IMG/VR virus record: IMGVR_UViG_3300045119_000200
Coordinates: 8,813-72,812 of that record
Direction: 5' to 3' (one strand)
Length of the DNA stretch: 64,000 nt
DNA from: a virus
Shown here: positions 29,101 to 37,695 of the stretch, one piece after another
Layout of the letters: the number at the start of each line of letters is the position of its first letter
Position numbering within the stretch: position 1 is the first letter of the stretch
Position numbers and translations under genes: made by a program
The notes under the pieces: generated by a model
The model's input: the letters and a program-made list of their open reading frames with translations, nothing else
Database searches by the model: none
What the model was told of the DNA's origin: nothing

Positions 29101-32100
29101 GAGCAGAAGGCAAAGCCGGCAGCGGGGAAACCGAGAACAAGAAGACAGAAACGTTAATAAAAGATCCAGCTGTAGTAGAACGTCTTAAAAAGGCAGGAGT
29201 TACAGATGAAATATTAGCAGCACTTCCGGAGAATTTCCATATCAATGATAGATTGTTGATGGGAGATAAAGACGAACCATTAATGCAAAGACTTGCTGAA
29301 TCGACTTATGTAGGAGGACGAAGCTATAACACTGTTACAACTTCTGAAGGAAGAGTAACTAAATATGATAACGCTCGTGTAGATCTTAATAGAATATTAG
29401 GATTTATTTACGGAACAAAAGATCGTAATACTGTTCATGAAGCGGCTCACGCTGCTACGATTGTAGCGATGAATGATATCAAAGTTTATAATGAACTTCC
29501 GGATAATAAAAAGGATGGTCGTTATACACCAGAACAGGCGGATGCAGTTGATAGCTTGGAATTCTTTGCTAAATACATGAAAGAGAAGTTAGATACAGGT
29601 AAGATCAAAGCTGATGGAGTAAGTACTTATGGATTGACAAACGGGTTTGAATTTGTTGCTGAATTCATGTCTAATAAAAAATTCAGAAATTGGATATTGA
29701 CTTCAGAATATGAAGCAGGTATTAAACAAAATAAAGAACAAAATATTGTTAGATCGATCTATGACAAAATTATGACAGTGATTGGTCTTAAATCTAAAGA
29801 CAAAGAGGTTCTTGTAAAAGACATGGGATTCCAGAAAGATATTGAAAGAGACATCAATACTCTTCTTGAACACCAAAGAAGAATTTACGGAGAAGCTGAG
29901 TTTTTAACCCCTGCTGAACGTGATAGATTAATAAACGAACAAAAAGCTAAAGATGAATCGACCAAAACAGAAAATTCCGGAACAGAGTCAACGCCAAAAG
30001 AAACAGAAAGAACTCCTGTATCAGAAGAAAAGAAAGCAAAAATAAATGATATTGATCAACGTCGAGATTTAGAACTCAACAAACTTGATGAACCGTTACA
30101 TCCGGTTGAAGGAGTTACAGAGAACTACGAACAGGCGATGAAAGATTATAAGGAGAAACTTGATAAGTACAATAACGAATTCGAAGCGATTGATGCAAAA
30201 TATGATGCTGAGATTGATGCGATTGATACTACTCCTAAATCTGAACCATATGAAGGTGCTGCTGAAATTCACAAGAACTCAAAGGAACTTACTGAAATAG
30301 GAACCGATCAAGAATACAAGGAGTATTTAAAAACAGTTTTTCCAGAAAGTTCAATGACAGATGTGGTTCATCATTTGACTAAACATGACTTCGAAGCTTT
30401 TGAAAGAAAACCTGAAGGTGAAACAAATAAAACAGAAACTGAAGGTATTCATTTTGTGGAAGAGCAAGCCGTAGAAGAATATAAAAATGTTTTCGGTAAG
30501 AATAAAAAATCTGTAATATTAGATTTTAAAAATCCTATATACACAGAAGCTAATGTTAAGACTGCTGAAAAATTAGAATTTTTAACTAAGGATGGAATCA
30601 AAGAATTTGAAGAAAAAGGATATGATTCAGGAATTATAGTAAGGAAAAAAGATACTGAATATGTCGCTTTTCATCCTGAACAAATTCACATTCTTGGAAG
30701 TAAAAAAGATGCTGAGGATTTCAGAAAATGGAAAGAAGGGAAAACTCCACCGGATGATTTCAGTCGAATTGATTTATCAGAGCAACTCGGAATCAATAAG
30801 GTGAACGATTTCTTAGATGGATTGAATAAAAAGCTTGATGACTTTGGTAAAGACAACTTGGGGATGAATATCCCTGTAGTTGTTCTTAAAGGAGCGTTGA
30901 CTGCAATGAGAGGTGCTGTTAAAACCGCTAAAGTAGGGGCAGATGTAATTTCTGCTGGTTTGAATCACGTTCGTGAAACAAGTTGGTATAAAAAATTATC
31001 TGATGAACAGAAGAAAGAATTTGAAGACAAAGGAATATTGGCTCACTTTGACGATTTACAAAACAAAAAGGCTGCTGAAGCTGTTGTAAAAAATCAAACT
31101 GAAGGTAAATCAAAACCTGTTAAAACTCAGGTGAGAGAATCTTCAGGACAAGCGGATACTTCTAAGAAAGTAAATATTTCTGAAAAAGGAATGCTTCGTG
31201 AGAAATTCAAAAACTTACAGAGAGGTTTTAAAACCGGTGCTAAAGAAGTTCAAGAATTGAAAAAAGGATTCATTGATCAATTGAAAGAAGACATCAAAGG
31301 TCTTGGAAAAGATATGAACCAAGGGGAAATCAATTCGTTACTTAATCAGGTTGGAAAAATCAATGATAAAAACATTGCTGAGGTAGAAGCTGTTGTGAAC
31401 AGAGTGATCGATAAGATCGAAGCCCGTCAGGATCGTAAAGAATTATCTTCTTTGAAAAACTCTTTGAAGAAGTTCGGTAAATCTAAAGGAAAAGCAGTCC
31501 CAAGAAATATCAGAGATCTTGCTCAAAATGCTACGATTATTGACGAAAGATATTTATCTGAGAAAAGTAGAGAGGAATATAAGGACGTACTGGCTGAAAT
31601 TAGGGATACATTTCGACCAAGCAGGGACGATAATTATAGAATGGTAGATTATGATCGGGCGATGGATAAACTGGCAAAATTGAACGAAGAGTCGGAAGCT
31701 GCTAAAGTGGAAGAATTGGTGGAAAAAATGGGAATTGATGTAACTGGATTGACAACTAAGGAAATCAAAGATCTTTGGAGAGAAGAAAATGCAGACTTAT
31801 ACGCTGAGAATTTATCTGAAAAAAAACAAAAAGAAGCACATGATGCTTTTATAAATCAAGCTGAGTATTCTCAAATTGGTTTAGAATATGCTGAAACAGA
31901 TGGGATGACCGGTAAAGAGAAAGCAGCTTTGAAAGTTTTGAAAGAAATGAAGTTCAAAGATCTTCCTTTGGAAACGATCAAACAATATATCAAGATTGCT
32001 GACAACATTATAACCAATAAAGATTTCTCTAATGCAGGAGCGATCGTTGCTAAAGTAAAAGCTGACAGAAATGTTGCTTCATTCATCAACTACATCAATT

Positions 32101-34628
32101 CCAAAGGGATTAAACCTAAAAGAATTGACAGAGATCAAAATGCAGATTCAATTCTTGGTGTTCCAGTTTCATCTGTGATCAATCCTTTAGAATGGGTTAA
32201 ACATGGTGTTGATTATATGACAACTCTTAATGTGTTCATGGAAGGTGTGATGGGCGGATCTGAAGCCGGTGCGAAGTTGTATAACGATGCAGGATTCTTT
32301 GATATGTCGAATGCGAGAGTAAGAGCCACTGTAAGAAAAACGAATTTCGATAATTATTACAATGGTTTGGTTCATAAGCTTTCTAAGAAAAATCCAGCAA
32401 TCACCGAAGGGAAAGAAGTTGTAAAACGATCTATCTTCGGAACATTGTTACAAGCCGATAGAGAATCTTCGGAAAATATGGAGTTTTATAAAAAGTCATA
32501 TATTGAGAAATCAATCAAATCATTGGAAGCATATTCCAGTAACAAACAGGCTCAGGCCAAGATTGAGATCTTGAAAGAAACTTTGAACCAATTGAAAGAC
32601 GTAAATACGAAAGAAGAGTTAATCGACTATCTGAAAACAAATGAACCAGATAACTTCCGTTTATTAAAAGCAGCAAGTGATTATTTCCTAAGACATTCTC
32701 AGGAATTCTCTGATAACTCTTATTTCAACCATGGTGAAAGATTTGATCCACGTACAGCAGATGATTTCTATTTACCACTTACACGTCAATCGTTGGTAAA
32801 TAAATCAATGAGAACTAAAGTTGATGAAGTGAAGGGAACTGTAGCAAGTAGTTTCAATCGTCCTTCTCAGGCGATGTCTGGATCAGTATTTTCAAGAGAA
32901 AGACAGGCCAGACTTCAGGAGAGCGAAACGATTAATTTCGACTTCGATTCAATGGTAAGTAATAAAATGGGAGAGCAACTTTATGACATGGAGTCAGCAC
33001 AAGAGATTTTAAAAATGAAAGCTATCCTTACACATCCGGAAATGAAGAAAGCATTCGGTTCAACAATAGCCAGTTTAACTGACAAAGCGTTGGATAAGAT
33101 TGCGATTGATTCTGGTGTAGCGATGAACTCTTCAACAAACATTGAAAAGAACATCATTAAGATCGAAAGAGTTACCAGAAAGATTGCTTCAGTGAATGCT
33201 CTTGGTGGTGTAGATCAGTATTTAAAACAGTATCCTTCCGTTATTATCGGAGCCGGTATTCGTTTGGGAAGAGATATGCATCTTTTACCAAAATATATGT
33301 TCACCAACAAAGCTGATATCGAACTTTTGAAAATGAGTTCAATCAGAATGAGAAAAGAAGCAGATGCCGGAACGAAAAGAGTTTCTGATGATGTGAAGTT
33401 CACTGAGTTGTCTGTAGCGGAAAGAAACGCTGTGCAACGTGTAGCAGTTGATCTATCAAAAGGTCTGGGGATTGGAATAGACAAAGCGAGAGAGATCTCA
33501 ATGTTGTCATTAAGAATGGGTGACGTTAATGCAGCGGGTACAACGTTCTTGGCTTATTACCATTCATTCCTTTTAAAACATGGAGTGAAGGAAGCAGACA
33601 TTGACATGAGAACTGAACACGCTAAAGTTGAAACAGATCCTGTGAGAAAAGATGCGTTAGCTTATGCACAACATATGATCAACACGACTCAGACTTCTTC
33701 TGACTTATCTGAAGGATCAAAAATGGCAACATCTCCTCACGTTATGGCGAAGATCATGAGTGGAATTTTGATTCCGTTCTCTACGTTCTCAAATAACGCT
33801 ATGATCCGTTTGGCGAAAGCTGTGGGAAATGTGAGTAGAAGTCCTAAAGAAAATTCGAAAGAAATTGCTGCATCTCTAACCGAGATTGTTGCATTCCAAT
33901 CGATTAAAGCTTTAGCGATTGCTCCGGCCGCTGCGATTATAGGAAGTTTGATTTTCGGAGGTGATGATGAAGAACAGGAAAATGTTGTTGACTGGGCTTT
34001 CCAAGTAAATAAAATGGCTTCAGGTGTTATCGGTGACGTTAACCCTGCTCCGGATTCATTTGATATCGATGCGATCAACTACATGGTTTATTTGAAAAAC
34101 CGTGATAAGATCAAAGAACAGATTGGATGGGAAGGAGATTTTTCATATCGTGATTATGATATATGGAGAAAGAAATCAGCTGCGAATGCTAAGAAGAAAG
34201 GATTGGCTACACCAGAAGTTCCTTACCATTTCTACAGATTTGGTGATCAGGACGGATGGGATGTCATGAATGGAGCAAAATCAGATCTTGGGATGTATGA
34301 CATTCCTAAGAAACAGGTTGAGCGAACAGTTGAAGCTTGGGATGTATTACTTGACGGTAAGAAAGAAGGTTATAATGATTTTGGTGGAAAAGAAACATAC
34401 AACTTTGGTGATGAACATAGAAATTTATTAATGTTCTACACATTGTATGAAACTGCTGCATCAATTGGTTTATCAGATGCTACAAGCCGAAGAATGATTG
34501 AGAAGCAATTTGATAAAATCAAACGTGAATCTAAAGAGGATAAAGACAAGAAATCTAATCCTAAGAAAGATAATTACAAAAGTTTTGGAAAAGATTCTTA
34601 TGGTGCCAGTGGGTACGGAAAGTTATAA
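26112..34628 (+). CDS. giant ejection/polyvalent protein with zincin and ART-like domains
   Basis: 2838 aa; HEAAH...YGLTN..EFVAE; ART-PolyVal-like H...GIHF...KNP...GYD...EYVAF.PEQI. Confidence 0.7.
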   Translation: MDEFNEQVNPTDNATPNQSGISGNGEDPKLNPKDKERLTKAVMQMTNDGIDDETIKKAVSNFKNKYGIKPAATPKPVETKPVGATAVSEPIQKPTTQPNPEQPEIGGTVSPKTDSNPKEVGKPTLEVGEVKSEGIVPERPTTYQGLPITYGETDDSGVVDFGNGINLPASVLPKEEKAQPVIRVAEYISSLGPDGKQPVDITGQTITKDAENKMYEDWQTKGWGKIVKTDENTGRFIFAPNEEGRDKIKKVYEEQLGYNKPMKEEEGDFLGEYAADIHKKYGVLLTNEDRAKLGTKEGRDSLEIDLQAKQLVKNNPNLSYDQAWDQVANEYSINSNETSRDLASNFFYERLTQMRWGKDEDTKDEAEWIKSTMGNQDMMQQFGQFLQSDEGKAYSTSTNKFLSTMNQKDMKDVVNAFFQYENKQNMINTQANIEQYKDTQAKLVNSAKSGNVDEARQVLQSLNESGEKIRSNDTQAQNLFLQQQAINGVFTEANYWEDKAGEYYGDVENGKRTVENVINGSSLMATNAVKRTAGGILSVFLSPMTMMGDENKQDYYDLVRAMGKPLEMKGVKLHDAFYSQEVGKDKNGIEYVRLDDGKVYQRTEDGQMQYLTKEEYDLNDIKFDKTEHEWSTTGIANAVQSFGWDVYMAGGIGNVVTKPIAALSEYAAVANATKNLARAGVAIGEESAVTRGLANFTRAMRSPHTATNAGFFTQMYQDNLIKAKDAGIESDLGASMYATLNSAFDSFLISKVVPEFKMGQLNNQVRAITRNLAENKMASASQGMYNFLKETAPNMAHTYLTMLAIETKTKLTDTNLNTLTDAHFNVDNSESIFASSAKGALPLVLFSMISKSPMMMRNKAVLNEQLVDLSKMDKDQIMVSLARQGDHIFPLLKNEAQNAYFKSYGDEVNNIADRIKEKQVLIQKIPNYEKYSDKDLTDMTDLMELKQKKQTEIDNADGAFKSSLNKDIKNIDLQIEEIANGKTGTSTKTGSEKGPAGAEGKAGSGETENKKTETLIKDPAVVERLKKAGVTDEILAALPENFHINDRLLMGDKDEPLMQRLAESTYVGGRSYNTVTTSEGRVTKYDNARVDLNRILGFIYGTKDRNTVHEAAHAATIVAMNDIKVYNELPDNKKDGRYTPEQADAVDSLEFFAKYMKEKLDTGKIKADGVSTYGLTNGFEFVAEFMSNKKFRNWILTSEYEAGIKQNKEQNIVRSIYDKIMTVIGLKSKDKEVLVKDMGFQKDIERDINTLLEHQRRIYGEAEFLTPAERDRLINEQKAKDESTKTENSGTESTPKETERTPVSEEKKAKINDIDQRRDLELNKLDEPLHPVEGVTENYEQAMKDYKEKLDKYNNEFEAIDAKYDAEIDAIDTTPKSEPYEGAAEIHKNSKELTEIGTDQEYKEYLKTVFPESSMTDVVHHLTKHDFEAFERKPEGETNKTETEGIHFVEEQAVEEYKNVFGKNKKSVILDFKNPIYTEANVKTAEKLEFLTKDGIKEFEEKGYDSGIIVRKKDTEYVAFHPEQIHILGSKKDAEDFRKWKEGKTPPDDFSRIDLSEQLGINKVNDFLDGLNKKLDDFGKDNLGMNIPVVVLKGALTAMRGAVKTAKVGADVISAGLNHVRETSWYKKLSDEQKKEFEDKGILAHFDDLQNKKAAEAVVKNQTEGKSKPVKTQVRESSGQADTSKKVNISEKGMLREKFKNLQRGFKTGAKEVQELKKGFIDQLKEDIKGLGKDMNQGEINSLLNQVGKINDKNIAEVEAVVNRVIDKIEARQDRKELSSLKNSLKKFGKSKGKAVPRNIRDLAQNATIIDERYLSEKSREEYKDVLAEIRDTFRPSRDDNYRMVDYDRAMDKLAKLNEESEAAKVEELVEKMGIDVTGLTTKEIKDLWREENADLYAENLSEKKQKEAHDAFINQAEYSQIGLEYAETDGMTGKEKAALKVLKEMKFKDLPLETIKQYIKIADNIITNKDFSNAGAIVAKVKADRNVASFINYINSKGIKPKRIDRDQNADSILGVPVSSVINPLEWVKHGVDYMTTLNVFMEGVMGGSEAGAKLYNDAGFFDMSNARVRATVRKTNFDNYYNGLVHKLSKKNPAITEGKEVVKRSIFGTLLQADRESSENMEFYKKSYIEKSIKSLEAYSSNKQAQAKIEILKETLNQLKDVNTKEELIDYLKTNEPDNFRLLKAASDYFLRHSQEFSDNSYFNHGERFDPRTADDFYLPLTRQSLVNKSMRTKVDEVKGTVASSFNRPSQAMSGSVFSRERQARLQESETINFDFDSMVSNKMGEQLYDMESAQEILKMKAILTHPEMKKAFGSTIASLTDKALDKIAIDSGVAMNSSTNIEKNIIKIERVTRKIASVNALGGVDQYLKQYPSVIIGAGIRLGRDMHLLPKYMFTNKADIELLKMSSIRMRKEADAGTKRVSDDVKFTELSVAERNAVQRVAVDLSKGLGIGIDKAREISMLSLRMGDVNAAGTTFLAYYHSFLLKHGVKEADIDMRTEHAKVETDPVRKDALAYAQHMINTTQTSSDLSEGSKMATSPHVMAKIMSGILIPFSTFSNNAMIRLAKAVGNVSRSPKENSKEIAASLTEIVAFQSIKALAIAPAAAIIGSLIFGGDDEEQENVVDWAFQVNKMASGVIGDVNPAPDSFDIDAINYMVYLKNRDKIKEQIGWEGDFSYRDYDIWRKKSAANAKKKGLATPEVPYHFYRFGDQDGWDVMNGAKSDLGMYDIPKKQVERTVEAWDVLLDGKKEGYNDFGGKETYNFGDEHRNLLMFYTLYETAASIGLSDATSRRMIEKQFDKIKRESKEDKDKKSNPKKDNYKSFGKDSYGASGYGKL

Positions 34629-34634
34629 ACAAAG

Positions 34635-34666
34635 AAAAGGGAGATCAGAAATGACCTCCCTTTTTT
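34635..34666. terminator. bidirectional terminator at strand switch
   Basis: AAAAGGGAG.TCA...TGA.CTCCCTTTTTT. Confidence 0.8.
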
Positions 34667-34667
34667 A

Positions 34668-34787
34668 TTACTTCTTTTTATATGCTTCCTTCTTCTCTAC
34701 AGAAGCACGTTTTGATTTAGACATCGAAGCTTCACGCTTCTCTTCTTTTTTCGGTTCGGATTTCTCCGATAAAACTTTCTTTTTCAT
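34668..34787 (-). CDS. 39-aa Lys-rich microprotein (not in ORF track)
   Basis: MKKKVLSEKSEPKKEEKREASMSKSKRASVEKKEAYKKK, own promoter and terminator. Confidence 0.6.
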   Translation of the reverse strand: MKKKVLSEKSEPKKEEKREASMSKSKRASVEKKEAYKKK

Positions 34788-34791
34788 TTTA

Positions 34792-34803
34792 CAAATATAC
34801 GAA
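34792..34803 (-). promoter_or_regulatory. -7 promoter, likely leaderless
   Basis: TTCGTATATTTG-TAAA-ATG. Confidence 0.6.
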
Positions 34804-34818
34804 TTTATTTTTAATTTA

Positions 34819-34944
34819 TTATAAATATCCTCCTTCAGTTAATCTAATGAATGCTTCACAGTCTGCCAAGCTTCCTTGGAAAAGTGATTCTCCTTCAGAG
34901 TTAATCACTTCGTATGTCTGATCTTGATAAAATTGTACTTTCAT
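34819..34944 (-). CDS. 41-aa hypothetical protein
   Basis: MKVQFYQDQTYEVINSEGESLFQGSLADCEAFIRLTEGGYL; ATGA coupling. Confidence 0.55.
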   Translation of the reverse strand: MKVQFYQDQTYEVINSEGESLFQGSLADCEAFIRLTEGGYL

Positions 34945-35072
34945 ATTAATAAACAAATTATTAATGTTAATAATGCTGGAATAACTACTATACCAATGAC
35001 TGCATTAAAAGTATTTCCGAATGGCCAATTTGGTTCAGTAAATATCCAATGGTCTTTAAATTTCTTCTTCAT
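34941..35072 (-). CDS. 43-aa membrane peptide
   Basis: single C-terminal TM; overlaps both neighbours. Confidence 0.5.
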   Translation of the reverse strand: MKKKFKDHWIFTEPNWPFGNTFNAVIGIVVIPALLTLIICLLI

Positions 35073-35277
35073 CTTGTAAGTCCCCTGTTTTAATAATTAA
35101 ACTTTTCTCAAATTCCTCCATACAGTTTACCGAACAAACGTTTACTTCGTAAAATTCTCCGTCGTAACATTGAACAGCTATTGATGGTTTTCCGGCTTTG
35201 ATGTGTTTGTTACAATTTTCACACCATTTGTTTGAAGCCGTTTTCTTTATGTCTTTGGTTTCTATGATGTAACCCAT
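35056..35277 (-). CDS. small Zn-finger protein
   Basis: CENC...CSVNC. Confidence 0.6.
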   Translation of the reverse strand: MGYIIETKDIKKTASNKWCENCNKHIKAGKPSIAVQCYDGEFYEVNVCSVNCMEEFEKSLIIKTGDLQDEEEI

Positions 35278-35882
35278 TTTTGATCGTTATTTAGAATTCT
35301 TTTCAACTGTTCAATGTCGTGAGCATCTAAATAAAAGTTTGAGAACTGCATGACTGGTTCAGGAGTCGGTTCATCAACAGGCTGTTCTCTAACTTCAGTT
35401 TCGTAAACTGGTTCGAACCAAAGATCTAATACACCGGCTTTTCTAAGAATTTGTTCAATTGCGCCTTCTCCTACAGATGTTTTAAAATTGCAACCTAATT
35501 GCCTTAAATTCGAATCGAAACAGGCGTTGAACCACATTTCAGCATCTTCGGCATTTAATATTTCTTTAACAGCACTATGATATTGAGGTTTGATCAATTT
35601 ATACCCGTAAATTTTTTCTGTAATAATTTCCGGCTCTGATTGTTCCATCGGTTCATCCTCTGGAAGACGTTGCCATTCACCAAATGATATTCTCGTTAGA
35701 TCGTCAAACATCATTAAACGGTGATCACCGTTGTCAAATTTATCTATCGACTCACCTCTTTTAGTAACGAAATCCCAATTTTTAAAAGTATGAGGATGAT
35801 TAAAATAACTCATTATTTCACCAGCTTTCCCCGTTATGTCTCTAGGATTAAGGACAACTACATAATCTGATTGTTTTGTCAT
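35262..35882 (-). CDS. hypothetical protein (start moved to MTKQS)
   Basis: longer start would overlap the tRNA-like gene; GYKLIKP...AGVLDLWFEPVYE. Confidence 0.65.
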   Translation of the reverse strand: MTKQSDYVVVLNPRDITGKAGEIMSYFNHPHTFKNWDFVTKRGESIDKFDNGDHRLMMFDDLTRISFGEWQRLPEDEPMEQSEPEIITEKIYGYKLIKPQYHSAVKEILNAEDAEMWFNACFDSNLRQLGCNFKTSVGEGAIEQILRKAGVLDLWFEPVYETEVREQPVDEPTPEPVMQFSNFYLDAHDIEQLKRILNNDQKWVTS

Positions 35883-35907
35883 AATAAAAATTTTTAAAAT
35901 TAAAATT

Positions 35908-35991
35908 TGGGACGACTGTTGGATTCGAACCAACGATCTAGGCACTTGTTTTGTGTGGCCACCCTTGCTTTATCCACTAAGCTAAGTCGTC
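35908..35991 (-). tRNA. tRNA-like gene with expanded, unassignable anticodon arm
   Basis: perfect acceptor GACGACT/AGTCGTC, D arm GCTT/AAGC, T arm GTTGG-TTCGAAT-CCAAC; 32 nt between D and T arms. Confidence 0.65.
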
Positions 35992-35994
35992 TTT

Positions 35995-36063
35995 GTAACC
36001 GATGAGGAATCGAACCTCCCTTGCTATTAGTTCACCGTGCTAACCAAATACACTTTACGGCCG
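35995..36063 (-). tRNA. degenerate tRNA-like gene with shortened anticodon arm
   Basis: D arm GTGT/GCAC, T arm GAGG-TTCGATT-CCTC, imperfect acceptor; about 17 nt between D and T arms. Confidence 0.5.
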
Positions 36064-36129
36064 TGTGGACTTATGTATTTTAAGAACAATGTTTATTGAT
36101 CTAATGTGTTGGCTACATAAGCCCTGTTT

Positions 36130-36303
36130 TTATTGTTGTGATAATATTGATATTATCAAACAAATTATATACCAAACAATCATAACTATGATCATATGTT
36201 TCTCTTTCTTTAATTTAATTCCTCCCATATCTGGTGAAAATAACATTATTATTAACCAGCTGGTGAAAAGGAATAATATAATTGATAAAATGAATGTAAG
36301 CAT
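36130..36303 (-). CDS. 57-aa two-TM protein
   Basis: MLTFILSIILFLF...WYIICLIISILSQQ, co-oriented with operon. Confidence 0.5.
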   Translation of the reverse strand: MLTFILSIILFLFTSWLIIMLFSPDMGGIKLKKEKHMIIVMIVWYIICLIISILSQQ

Positions 36304-36416
36304 TATTCTAATTATGGGTTATTTATATATACATTTCCTTCAAATTCCGTGCCAAAATAAATTCTGAGTAGATAATACTTAAAAATATTTTAAATCGATA
36401 AATGAAAGAAATGTCG

Positions 36417-37055
36417 TTAAATCTTATTAAGTCTATCTCTTATAGCAGATTCATAAACGTAATAAGTTTTATCAAACAATTTCTCCGGACTCAAAAAATC
36501 TTTATGAATAAACTTTCCGTCCTTTATCTTTTTCACCTTAAGATCTTCAGTGATATACAACAATCCGGCATAATCCGGAACTTCTTCAGGTTTAATCATT
36601 CCTTCAGGAACAGCGTAGAAAAATTTATTTGGTAGTTTTAAATTCTTTATTTCCCTGAATTCTATTGGTGAATAAGGAGTATAAGAAAGTCGTATGTCTG
36701 TATCTCCTCTTCTACTTCCATAACGATTATATTCCATTGCAATAACCAGTTCTGGAAAATTCCGGCAAAAATCCCAATCAGGGTCTGATATAACTTTTGC
36801 TGAATCAGATCTTCTTTCAATGTAATGGGTATTACCGGAACCTTGCTTAGTTCGAACTTCATGACGAGGTTTCTTAAAATCTGCCTTAAAGTCAGATCGA
36901 CTGATCTTCACTTCTATTTCGTAACAATAACCTGTCGGAAGAAAACTCAACCAGTCGCTTTCGTTATCGAAATAATAAACGTTGATGAATTTATATTTAT
37001 GTGATTCAAATTTATTCATCAACGCCTTCTGTATCTTTTTCTCTGTTAAAGCCAT
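36417..37055 (-). CDS. MmcB-like PD-(D/E)XK nuclease
   Basis: ESD...EIEVKISRSDFKAD..K, PNKFFYAVP, YAGL. Confidence 0.7.
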   Translation of the reverse strand: MALTEKKIQKALMNKFESHKYKFINVYYFDNESDWLSFLPTGYCYEIEVKISRSDFKADFKKPRHEVRTKQGSGNTHYIERRSDSAKVISDPDWDFCRNFPELVIAMEYNRYGSRRGDTDIRLSYTPYSPIEFREIKNLKLPNKFFYAVPEGMIKPEEVPDYAGLLYITEDLKVKKIKDGKFIHKDFLSPEKLFDKTYYVYESAIRDRLNKI

Positions 37056-37690
37056 TATTTTGTAACCTGTGGCATATTACGTTCAACATTTCTCGGTCTC
37101 ATTCTCCAATCATAATCTAATTCGTAATTGTGAGAATTTCCTTCGAGATCATATTTGTTTTTACTGAAGGAGATTTTAGCAAATGTTCTCATTCCTGCAT
37201 AGTCCGATACATCATTTACTTTGTGAACGACATACTGATCAATCCTTGTCAGCATATTATCTCCGACAATAATATTGTTTTTAGGATCAGCCTGTTCTTT
37301 CATTTCACCTAATGATAGTGAATCATCCAGAGTCAGATTAAAATCACCTATGTTAAATATCGTTGGTTGATGATCGCTCCAAACATAAACAATGTCATCT
37401 GTTAGAAATCCGTCACAATGCCATCCTTGACGATTCATTCTGAAAGCAGGTGAAACAAATTGTTTCTTCGCTGTAATGTACATGAAATGATCTACAAATG
37501 TTGCATGACCATATTCATTTTTAAAATCGGCTATTGCTCTATCAATCAGTTCTTCGAAAGGTTTCAATCTTTCTTCAAGAACGTAGTGTTCTTCTCTTGG
37601 AAATTTGATGGGCATATCTTGATACAACATCATTTCCTTTACGTCCAATTGAATATAATCTATTGGCTCTGGGTGTTTTCCGTATTTCAT
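37055..37690 (-). CDS. Fe(II)/2-oxoglutarate dioxygenase-like protein
   Basis: GWHCDG (HxD)...VHK...RTF.K.S. Confidence 0.55.
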   Translation of the reverse strand: MKYGKHPEPIDYIQLDVKEMMLYQDMPIKFPREEHYVLEERLKPFEELIDRAIADFKNEYGHATFVDHFMYITAKKQFVSPAFRMNRQGWHCDGFLTDDIVYVWSDHQPTIFNIGDFNLTLDDSLSLGEMKEQADPKNNIIVGDNMLTRIDQYVVHKVNDVSDYAGMRTFAKISFSKNKYDLEGNSHNYELDYDWRMRPRNVERNMPQVTK

Positions 37691-37695
37691 AGGTT

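Noticed and set aside
26112-34628. crAss-type virion RNA polymerase
   Set aside because: No complete DxDxD catalytic motif seen; SFDID and DFDS are only partial matches.
35995-36063. Amber suppressor tRNA (contains CTA)
   Set aside because: CTA is not presented in a proper anticodon stem-loop.
36065-36635. Plus-strand ORFs 36065-36367 and 36402-36635
   Set aside because: Antisense shadows of better-supported minus-strand genes, like most short opposite-strand ORFs in the track.
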